Of a stretch of DNA of 64,000 nt, positions 24,997-35,300 are shown in pieces. Every line of letters begins with the position of its first letter. Positions within the stretch are counted from its first letter, which is position 1. The notes beneath the pieces were generated by a model. It was given only the letters and a program-made list of their open reading frames with translations. It made no database searches and had not been told where the DNA came from. The position numbers were made by a program, and so were the translations under genes. Origin of the DNA: Chlorokybus atmophyticus (taxonomy: Eukaryota; Plantae; Mesostigma and Chlorokybus algae); the NCBI GenBank assembly GCA_009103225.1, contig RHPI01000732.1, positions 108,482-172,481 of the forward strand, read 5' to 3'.

Positions 24997-27039
24997 CAGT
25001 CAAGGCCAAATTCTGTGATTTTCATGGCCGTTTTAGGCCTTATTTGTAAGGTACATGTTTTTAATGACTTGTGGCGGATATCGGCGAGTTATGAGTCTGC
25101 CGCGGATATCGACCGGGGCCCCAAGACCAGTCCGGAAGGTGCCAGAAAACGGAGGGCCAGTCGAGAAGGGCTCGACCAGATTTCTGGAAGGGCCTGGCGC
25201 CAAGTAGTATCACTTGACCATATGAGCAGCAAATTAGGAGATCTTTGGTGCGTTGGAAAGGTCTAGAAGTGTACTACAAGATTCTGCAAGAGTATCTTAG
25301 CTTCTAGTTCTGTCTAGCGCTAGAATCGTCTAGACAGTAGCATGTGCAGACTGGTAGGTATAAAAGTGACATTCTACAACTTGCAATACAACCTTTAGCT
25401 CCCTAGTTTCTTGTGTGCAAGCTTGGTGGTGGTTAGCAGGGGTTGCTAGCGTGTGCCCACCGGTGTGTGCTTGCTTGTGTGACGATCCAAGGCGCTACAC
25501 AAGTCGGTGTGTAGCTTCGAGCGCATGCGCGTGCGTACGCGAGTGGCGGGGCGCGCGTGTGTGCTTGGCAGAGGGGGCAAGGTTCCGGTGTGAATACCGT
25601 GTCTTGGTGAGAGGGTTGTGGATTGGACCAACTCACAGGTGACAAGGCACGAGCACCGTCACAGTGAACTTCAACTCAGTTCTAATAATAGCAATCAAGT
25701 CCGCTTGCTTAAGACCTTCATTGGCGTCACACAACTCAAGGATGCGCTGCTTGTCTTTTAGAGGAAGGTTATCACGCTTGATTTGTGTGGCCATGCTGAC
25801 CTACAACAACAATCACACACTACATTACTGTTTGTGCATACACAATCACACACTGCATGTACGTGCATGCACTGCATGTGCGTTGTAAACCCTTACTTGT
25901 TGTGCGCCGCCAGCAGCGGCGCTGCAACAGCCGTGACCAGCTAGCCGCCCTACAAGTTGAGCGGCATGCCCATCAACTATACCCCGCCCGCCACCGCTGC
26001 CCCAGCCTGCGTCTCCTCACCGCCGTCGCTGCCCTCAACCTGCGTCTCCTCACCGCCGTCGCTGTCGTCCGAAGTGGCGGCGGTGATGCTTTGCAACGCT
26101 AAGTTACATTAACATACAGTGAATTACATGCATCACGCCCATCATGCTCATCACGCTGTGCGCCGTATGCATCACACTTGCACCCCCCGATACAAGCATA
26201 TCCTCACTTAAACTTACGATTTTTGCAAGGAAAAAAAATATGCTCTTCGCGGTTAGTCATATTCTCTTGAGACGCGTAATTTGCCTGTAGAACGTTTGGT
26301 AATCTCATTTTTAATGATACTAACGGGGTTATTCTCTTGAAACGAATTCTCTTGGCGGGGCTAGACTGTAGTGCACGTCGCCGCGCCAGCCGTTCGCGGG
26401 CCGTGGCCCCGAACGGAGCAGGAACGGTCCGTCCCCCGCGGACCAGGCAGTCCTGGAGAACCATGCATGGTCCGCGGGATTCGTTAAAGGACCATACATG
26501 GTCCTTCAACATCAAGCCGTGTGTTGGATGCTAGGTTACGCATGTGCGTATACAACAACAGTAAGAGTTGTTGAGGATAGTTCATGTGTTACAGGAGTAA
26601 CGCTGCTATTGAGAGGGGGTGGAAGGCGTATGTACCAACCACAACCAAGTTGTTTCATTTTGGTTCAGACCCCGTAACATGGGCCGTTTGCCACTGCTTT
26701 TGGCAGTGACAACACTTGCATGTGCACGAAGCCAGGGGTGCACAATTTAGTAATGCTGTGCCAGTGCTTGCGATTTGCCAATCTGCGCTTGAAAAGCTGT
26801 TAGTAGGACATATATGGCAATCCACAAGATCAGTTGGATGCCAGTTGCACTCGAAAGAGCTGACAGATATATAGTAAGCACTGCTAAAAGTTCACAAGCC
26901 AAGTGGAAGATCCAAAGGCTGTTGCTGTCGGACATTTGCCTTGTGTTTATGCACTTGACACGCGATACGTGAAGTTGCTGAACAGGCTGAGAGTGTGTGC
27001 CATTATTAGCAAAGCAGTAGTGAGGTTTTGCAACCAAAG

Positions 27040-27260
27040 TGTGGAGGAGCCAGTGGTTGCTAAAGTTTTGTGATCTCGTTTATGAGGTCCTTTCCATGTT
27101 GGCAATGCGGTTTATGAAGCTTGCAAACCTTTTGAACCGAATAAGTGGCTTGGTTATGGCGAAGAGACATAACGCTTGGGAGCCGATCAGCTTGACAAAT
27201 TGTGCTGCCATCTTCGAGGAGTTTGAGAATGAGCTCGAGTTCACAGGTGCCACTTTTGAG
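27040..27260 (+). pseudogene. Chromodomain relic of gypsy A integrase
   Basis: LVYEVLSML..HNAWEPISLTNCAAIFEEFE parallels the chromodomain at 35400-35600 and lies just upstream of the PPT and 3' LTR. Confidence 0.65.
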
Positions 27261-29700
27261 CGTGTGCTGAAATCTTGTGCCCGATGGTAAGAGCATGTGC
27301 ACGTGCCTACAACCTCTTCATGTGACATACCAACACCGCGCGCACTGGTACTCAGTATCAGAATTGGTTGTCAATCCCACAACTGGCACTACTTCCACAT
27401 GTGGAGTGCAGCCTTTGATTAGGGATCACGCTCAAATCCAGCTTGTGCGGGACAAGTGTTCCATCTATTGCAACGCGGTCGTTGCAGAGCAAGTGGGGAG
27501 GAATATCACGCGTATAAGGCTGGCGAAAGTCATTCTCTGTCCCTTACTTATGTTAATAGCAAGGGACCAAGTGGGATTTTCCATTCCATAAGTGGGTGTA
27601 AGTGCTCACGCCGTGTGCTCGCATGCGGTCCGCTTTTTAGCCTATGAGGGCCTTGAGTGATGATAAACTACACAAGGCATTGATGCTGGGCTAGCACAGA
27701 GTTGGTGCAATGCCTATCGCATGTGAGCCTTTGCTATTGTGCTGTGAGTTGCCACAGGAAGTGGCAGTTTGCTAGACAGAGAGCCAAGTTGGCAAACCAC
27801 GGGACCTGCACTGTGGTATTGCGATTTGCCACAGGTGTGAAAATTGCAAGGCAAGTGGTGCCTGTGGGCAATCCGCAAGTACATATGTACTATAAGAGTC
27901 TAGGTTTGTGTGATTGCAAGGTAGGATAGTTACAACTACAGTAACCCGCGGGGGTTTAACTGAGGTGGAGTTTGCTGGTTCCGATGTTAGAACAGGGTCA
28001 TCACATAGTCACGAGGCCTAGGTGGCCTTGGACATCATGTGTGCCCGGTCGGGAGAGCAGCATGTGGTATAAATTATAGAATATGAAGTTGCATCCTTGA
28101 GTAGGGATCGGATCAATAGTTGATCAAGACGTCAGTGTGTGTTTGACTTGCAAAAGGGCCACCTGTGCGTGGGGAGCCTAAATGTTATCTGTTAAAAGGG
28201 CTCTCCTCCTCATCCCTTGTGGGGTGTGGTGTTGTGGTGTTGTGCACGTGGGTGTCATGGGCGTGTGCCTGGAGCTGGAGCTGAGTGGAAAGGCCCGGGG
28301 TCATCCTCTCCTCCCATATTGCTGAGCTGCAACTTCCCCTGCGATGTGCTGCACCGGTCACGCTGGTGGGACTTCCGTCTTTAAGTTCTCAGTGCTTGTG
28401 CATAAATTTACCAAGCCCCAATCAGCAAGTAGGTAGTGGTATCGTTACAATACCCCGTCATCAGTAGCTACCAGCGATTGGCATATTGTTTCCACATAAT
28501 GTGACATATCCTTGCTGCTCAGTAGCACTCTTTAACTTGTGTACGCACACAAGGACTGTACCAAGCAAGCAGAAAGTACAGCAACTAAGATGTTGAGGAT
28601 ATTCCTACATTTAGGTCAATAGGGCACTCGGTTAGCTTGCCCTGTACATAGGAATAGCAATCGAGAGGTTCCAAGTGAAGACTCAAAAAGGTCCAGGTGG
28701 AGACTTCAGTTGAGAAAAGGTTCTGGGCGCGGCGCAGACTGGAATCTGGTAGATTCAAGCGCGGCTAGAAGAATGATAATAGCTTGGTGGCTACTGTACC
28801 ATATGGGACGTACGGCAATTTGTTGGAAAGCTCTTGAAGTTAGCTACGTGGCGCAACTTGGAGTGCAGGTTATGGTTGAGAGTGCTAGATGCAATAGCTT
28901 TCAGAGTAGAAGCTGTGTAGCTGGCGGGTATAAAACCCGTGGTCATGACGGCAATATATGGCCTTGTATGGTCTCTTGATGCTAGTATTGTGGCGTGCAC
29001 ATCTGTATGCTTGTCATCGTCCATCTCAACAGCTTATGGGCCCACAAAAATTTGTGTAGGTTGTAGTGAGTTTACTTGTATGAGTAGGTGTGGATGATGT
29101 GTGAGTAGTAGGTTGCAAGGTCTGCAAGTAGCAGAGGGGCGACGAAGGTCACAAGCACGGCACGGCATCAAGTAAATTGACCCACTGAACATTGACAACT
29201 ACAACACCTAGAGCTGCTATTAGCCCATGAAGAGTTGTGGACCTATGTAGACCCGGAGGGGATTGTTCCCGTTGGTGAGGCGAGTGTTTGGGCGTCCTAA
29301 GGGAGGAAGGCTCTGGCATTGATTAGCTTGCACATGACGGACCATCACCTTGTGTGGGTGAGGGAGTGCAATAATGCAAGGGAGCTTTAGACAAAGCTTT
29401 AGAACCACTTCAAGGCGCGTAACATGGTGGAGGAGACTACAGCTGAGGCAGGAGAGCGAAGAGCATAGTAGCACCATACGGTATACGAGTATGCTTTCAG
29501 CTTTCGAGTATACGAGTATTTGACAATATCCTATCAGGCAAGATTCGATAATACGAAAGCATTCGATTTGCAATATGTGTGTGTATAGAAACAACGCGAA
29601 GTGCACATGCATAGTGTCACATATGCGCACGATGCATCACATGTTGAACAATGCAGATCTTGTCGACTGTATCACACTACAACAGCAACTACAAGACATG

Positions 29701-31858
29701 TCAATCATCAGACAGTTGCGCAGGGAAGTCTTCCTCATCACTAGACTCCTCTACCCATGGTACAAAGTCTTCTTCGTAGACCACTGCTTGCACTCGGCGT
29801 AGCAAGTGCAGGTTGCTGTGGACATACACCAAGTCTTCAGCACGCGCAGGGAGCAGCTTGTTACGCTTCTTGCTGTGGATGAAGTCATACTTGGACCAGT
29901 TGCGCTCACAAGATGATGCGGATGAGACCTGAGCGAGGGTGCGGACTGCCACGGTCTGCAACTGAGGTGTGCCACCTCCAAACTCAAGCCACCACGCATG
30001 GGCGGCCATGGTAGACGCAGCTTGAATGACAAATGGACGCCCGAACAACCCGTCACGGTTGCAGTAGGCCGCATGTTGCTGGACAGCGGCCGTCTGATCT
30101 GCCACGTTTGGTAGCATGCACTCAAGCACATCATAGAACCCTGACATGACTTCACTGTTGCTGCGCTGCTCCTTACCCCAAAACTCCGGATCTAACACGT
30201 ACCCGACCGAGTGTAGATTTGTGTGCAGCATTTCCCATCTGGCTCGCCACAAGTCGCAGACCTCCTTGGCCTTGATGTTGCTTAACCCCATGTTGCTGAT
30301 GTGTGCACCAATCTCAAACATGTTGACATACACCTTGCCGACCACGGGCTTGTTGCCATCAACCAGCCGCAGCAGCTTCATAATGGGTTCTGTAAGTTTG
30401 ACCACCAGCTCCAACGCCTTCCAGAATGATGATGATAACACGAGAGAACGCACTTTGTCCGCGGTCTCTGAGAGTGCCCTTGATGACTCTACCCAAGCCT
30501 TCCATTCCCGATCCACAACGGTGGCCTCAAGTGCATCTTTCACCTCCGCAAGACGTTGCAGCATCAAGAAGTTGGTGCCAAACCTCGTGTCGCCTGGCTT
30601 CAGCAACTTCAGCTGCGCTTTAGCCTCAAAGATGGCATTGCTCCGGTGATGGTTGGTGATGAACTTCAAGATTTGCTTGGCTTCACCTATTGGCCCCGAA
30701 ATCCATGCCAACTCGTCAAGATCTTCCAGTAACAGGTCCAGACAATGAGCCGTGCATGGTGCCCACGTGATATGTGGATACTCCTTGTTGACGAGGTCTC
30801 CGGCTGCACGACACACCGCCGCACTATCGGTGCAGACCTGCACCACATTCTCGGGCCCAACCTGCACATGCAACCAGTCATTCACACGTTCCCATACACA
30901 TAAGCACAAGTCTTACAACAATGACAAGTTGAAAGACTCACCTTTTTGATGGCGGTGATGATCTGAGCAGCTACATATGGAGCGTCTTTGACATGTCCTT
31001 GAGTGTTGACACCTTCCAAAAACACAGCACCTTTGGGGCACACCGCCAAAGTGTTGAGCAACGGGCGATTCTGCACATCCGTCCAACCATCACTAGTCAC
31101 AGTGCAGCCCGTGGTTGGCAGTGTTGAGAGTATGCTGGTCTCCACCTATTCGCACCACTTGTTATCATAACAATCTATCCAATAAGTGATCTCATGCTTC
31201 AAGTCTGATGTAGTGATGTGTAAGGTTGCTAACTCAACTGCTCCCCCAACTCTTTGCATTCTTCCTCAAGCAAAGTAGTGCGCAGTGCGTTGTAGCCAGG
31301 CAAAGTGTAACTAGGACCAAAGGAGGCAATTGCTGCAATCGCCTCCTTCAAAAACGGTGATCTAATAGCGGTGAAAGGTATGCCGTTAGCATAAAAGAAA
31401 CGAGCTATGGCGCGATCAACATCAATCTTGTTCGTTCGGTTGAAGCCTTGTGGGATAGTGGTTTGGGTTTGGGTTTGGGTTCTGGCTGCGCTTGTGCCTG
31501 CACCTGCTTGTGACAATGCATAATGAGCATGCATGTGTGTTGAGTGTTGGCAACTCTTGCTTGCATGTGCAACAATGAAGCACCAACCTTCTTGCGACAG
31601 CACGTCTAATTGGTTCACTTTGCGCCGCTTGGTATGAGCCTTCACGGCCTCATCTTCAAGGCTGCGTATGACAGCGCTGACCTGCTCCGGGCACTCCGTG
31701 CAAGGAGACACGCCAACCGTTGGCTTGTCACCAAGCAGATGCGCACGGATGCGGCTGGCTCCTCCCCAGAAGGTCTTCTCGCAGTACAAGCATTCAACTT
31801 GCGAGTTTTTGGCGGAAGTGCTCATGACCAGCACATGCTTCCACTCCTCACCCTTCAT
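29701..31858 (-). CDS. hAT transposase (BED finger, DUF659-like, RNase H-like core, dimerisation domain), 4+ exons
   Basis: WKHV..CLYC..RIRAHL; TSDGW, CTDSA, CTAHCLDL, DTRFG, SASSCERNWS, LVYVHSNL. One splice junction (~31245/31142) is not resolved with canonical GT-AG. Confidence 0.85.
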
Positions 31859-31894
31859 GACACAGCGTCTGCACATTGCGCGCGTCAGTGCTCA

Positions 31895-32325
31895 TTAAAT
31901 AGAGAGAGGGGGAGGCGGACTGAATGCGCGTGTGCATGTGCGTATGTGAGAGGGAGAGACGGAGAGAGGGAGGTAGACTGACTGTGCGTGCGTGTGTGAG
32001 AGGGAGAAAGGGAGAGAGTGGGAGACTAACTGTGTGTGTGCGTTTGTGAGAGTGAGAGAGGGAGAGAGAGATAGACTGCCTGTATGTGCATGTGTGACAG
32101 AGAGAGGGGGAGGTAGACTGACTGTGTGTATGCGTGCGTGTGTGAGAGGGAGAGAGGGAGAGCAGTCAGTCTGGACTGCATGCACACGCGCAATCATGTG
32201 CGTTTGTAAGAGGGAGAGAGGGAGAGAGAGATGGACTGATTGTGTGTATGTGCGTATGTGAGAGAGGTAGAGAGAGAGGGAGGTAGACTAACTGTGTGGG
32301 TGCGTGCGTGTGTGACAGTGAGAGA
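31895..32325. repeat. Degenerate GA/GT-rich tandem minisatellite inside the hAT 5' region
   Basis: About 7 imperfect units of GAGAGAGGGGGAGGTAGACTGACTGTGTGTGCGTG. Confidence 0.8.
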
Positions 32326-35300
32326 ATACCTTGCTTGCAAGGCGTCTGTGGAAGCAGGGCAAGTAAGACAATCCCGTCGCCACCGCCGCCCACGCCAAGG
32401 AGACCGCCGCCAGGAGAACGTCTGTTGCGTTCCAAGGCGGTGGAATTAGGGTTTGCAAGTAAAAAGTAATTAGAATCGAAAATATCTCATAAAACACCAT
32501 ATATAACCCTAAAAGTCGTATTTTAGGCCGTATTCGAGTGGTATGACAAATGCTGCTTGGTATACTAGTATTAAAGCGTATTTTTACCCAAAATGAGTCG
32601 TATGGTGCTACTATGACGAAGAGGCCATTGTCAAGTTCATGGCACGCGTGAAGGCGTTGTGGAGAGATTTGCTCGGTGTTGGCCATGAGCTCAAAGAAGT
32701 AATGACCGTTTGGGCTGTGCTCTCAAGTTTGCTCAAGAAGTATAAGGTTGTTGTTGACTATCTTGGAGTCGTCAACAGAGGACTTGACGTTGGATGGGTG
32801 ACACCACGGCTTCTTTAAGAGGAGAGCGCTTGAGGAAGGAGGATGAAGTAGAAATCGGAACTGAACTTGGAGGTGTGGCGTTTCGCGACATTATCGACGC
32901 ATGCATATAAGAAGAAGGGCGAGTTGAGGCAGCAACGTGGAGTGTTTGAACTGTGGGGAGCGTGGTCATGTGAGGAGCAAGTGTCTCAAGTGGAAAAAGA
33001 AAAGAGCTGATAGTGAGGAGCAGGTATGTGCTTTTTATGCATCTGACGAAGGAGCAGAGTATCGTGGGTGGGTGCTAGATTCGGGAGCGAGCAAGCATCT
33101 CACAAGCGACAGGAGCAAGCTCATCAACCTCCCTCCTTTGACTGAGCCAATTGCGGTGGAAGTTGGGAACAAGAAGATGCTGGATGCTGTTGCAAAGGGA
33201 GACGCCAACCTCAGGTGCAAGGTTGGTGGTGTAGTGAAGAAGGTTGTGCTTGAAGATGAGATACTGTATGTGCAAGGTGCATCTGCTAGCTTGTTCTCAA
33301 TTCGTGTAGCCACGAGGGTTGGTGCTAGAGTTGTGTTCGATGCGACAAGGCTAGGATAGTGCTTGAGGGCGTCACACATGTAGTAGGCATTAACAAGGGC
33401 GGGTTCTATTACGTTGATGGAGGACATTGCGCACAAGGTTACAACGATAAAAAAGGTTGAGAAAAGAGCATTCAAGACATCACAGGGTCAAGGCAATAAG
33501 GAGGCACTAAACATTAATTTGAAGCGGACAAGCTTGAAGCCCGTGGGAGCTGCAAGGAGCTACAAGCAAGTGGAAGAGAGCAAGGTGGCTAAGGAAGAGC
33601 TAAGAGCTATCACCAAGGCTGGAGTTGCTACCTCAGAAAGAGAGGGGCAGCAAGAGCAGGTTGGCAAGGAGCACGTGCAGCAAAAGAGCAAGGGGTTGAA
33701 GGTCAACCAGGAGGCTTAAGTTGTTGTGGAGGACAAGTTCTTCAAGGCTAACCGCTTTTATGCGCTCATGGGAAGCATGGTGGAAAAGGTGGAGCAAGAA
33801 GCGAAGGTCAAAGACTTCTTGGCAATCGCGCACAATAAGAGAGGCAAGGCTAGCATGAGAGCTAGCGGTACATGAGCTACGAAGGCAAAGGTGTGAAGGC
33901 CAAGCTCAGCCCACGTGGGAGTGTTAAGGATATTTATACATCTAGGTCAACAGGTCAGCCGGTCACATGCCCTTAACATAGGAATAGCCGCCAGAACATT
34001 TTAGGCGAAAACTCGGGAAGGTCCAAGCGAGGAGTTCATTCAAGAGAAGGTTCCATGCGCGGCGCGGACTGGAATCTGGACGGTTCAGGCGCGGCTAGAA
34101 GAATGATGATAGCTCGGTGGCTACTCTACCATATGGCACGTATGGCGGCTTGTTGATAAGCTCTGAAAGCTAGCAACGTGGCGCAACTTTGAGCGCAGGT
34201 TATGATTGAGTGTGCTAGATGCAGTAGCTCCAAGAGTAGAAGCATGTGTAGCTGGCTGGTATAAAACCTGTGGACATAATGGCAATATATAGTCTTGTAT
34301 GGTCTCCGAGACCATACAGGAGTCTTAACGCTAGTATTGCGGCGTGCACTTGTGCATGCTTGTCATCGTGCATCTTAACACAGGCGGTAGCCCGGAAGCC
34401 TAAAGAAAGGAGCCCAAGATGATCACAAGCTTGCCTCCAGCTCCAGACCCTCACGCCCCACGAGCACACACACTACCCCCACAAGGGTGCTAGGGGAAGA
34501 GCCCCTTTAACAGCTTTAAGCCAGGCACCCCACACACAAGATAATACACTAGTAGTGCAACTCTCAGTTGCCCAACATCAAGCTACAACTTATCTTATGT
34601 ACCCCTTCCTGCTCTCCGACCTGGCACACACATTAATTAATGGCCCACACGAGCCTTTGATAGTGTGCGCTGACCTGTCATCACATGCTGACACATTCCC
34701 TACATTGGGAACATCAACCCACCTCGAGAGTATCACCTGTCACATCACTTACACCTCGGGAATGTTAAACATAGCCCTAAGGGCCCCTTAGAGGTGCTTG
34801 GACAATAACTGCCAGCAACACCTTACTGCAACTCGCAGTAGCTACAAGATGGCAATCTTAGTCACCTTTACAGGCATTCTGACGTTAACTGCCATTGGCA
34901 GTTCACAACTGCTTGCAGGCTACTAGTAGTGGCAATCTATGTCGCATCAGTGGCATACAAGGCCTTCACGGCCTGTAACATTTACAAGCTTTGTGCTAGA
35001 ATGTAGCAATGCTCTGTGTGTAGTAACACGCGCCCAAATCTTAAGGAGACTTGAACTAATCTCATGAGCACACCTGCCAAGCACCACATTGCTTACCAAG
35101 CGGGATCCTCACTCTTTCTTCTTACTTACCACATACGTCAGCAACCGAAAGTGACTTTGACTAGCCCTGTGGGCGTGGCATTCCTCCCCACTTGCATTGC
35201 AACATCAAAAAGGATGGGCCGTCTTGTCCTGCACGGTAATTGCCAGACTAGGGTGGCTAGCTCTGCCGAATCACCGCACACTACGCGTAAAAGATGCAAG

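Larger units (their letters stand above)
19617..25663 (+). mobile_element. Full-length, very young Ty3/gypsy chromovirus
   Basis: 672-bp LTRs 19617-20288 and 24992-25663 (TG..CA; one mismatch seen). 5-bp TSD GTGAA, tRNA-iMet-type PBS TGGTATCGGAGC at 20291 and PPT at 24979-24991. Confidence 0.97.
17743..25794 (-). pseudogene. pogo transposase (CENP-B-like HTH plus DDE_1), multi-exon, disrupted
   Basis: ATG at 25794 (MATQIKRDNLPLKDKQRIL) continues in frame across the gypsy insertion into TIKQSSLSKLL..HPKLEDGLYEWF..FNASQGWVHRFKKRH. In-frame TGA at 19209-11, then NMDESG, LLLMDSSSTH, LPANTTSRVQPLD, ANCWRKTGI and C-terminal QTRLHEFF. Introns have GT-AG ends. Confidence 0.9.
17286..26368 (-). mobile_element. 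pogo/Tigger-like DNA transposon interrupted by a gypsy insertion
   Basis: TIRs CAGTCTACCCTCGCTAAGAG / CAGTCTAGCCCCGCCAAGAG(rc) with TA TSD (17284-85, 26369-70). Transposase lies on the minus strand. Confidence 0.92.
17085..26523. mobile_element. Non-autonomous CACTA-like element, copy 2 (~355 bp after removing the nested pogo)
   Basis: ~35-bp TIR CACAC(C/G)GCTTGA(C/T)GTT(A/G)AAGGACCATG(A/T)ATGGTCC and 3-bp TSD TTG (17082-84, 26524-26). Confidence 0.8.
12826..28449 (+). mobile_element. Old degenerate Ty3/gypsy LTR element (gypsy A) acting as host for nested insertions
   Basis: 5' LTR 12826-13488 plus 15229-15501 (split by a CACTA-like insert), followed by PBS relic TGGACTCGGAGC. 3' LTR 27504-28449, preceded by PPT GCAAGTGGGGAGGAA. 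Flanks ATACG/ATACC (degenerate 5-bp TSD). Chromodomain relic at ~27040-27260. Confidence 0.75.
29464..32615 (-). mobile_element. hAT DNA transposon inserted in the copia gag
   Basis: Perfect 17-bp TIR CATAGTAGCACCATACG; 8-bp TSD GCGAAGAG/ACGAAGAG (7/8 match). Confidence 0.93.
28591..34380 (+). mobile_element. Degenerate, internally deleted Ty1/copia element
   Basis: Diverged LTRs 28591-29031 and 33922-34380 (TGTT..AACA); PBS-like GCTTATGGGCCCA at 29032. Gag relic, knuckle CLNCGERGHVRSKC and copia protease WVLDSGASKHLTSD (~33070). No RT or integrase recognisable. Confidence 0.8.
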
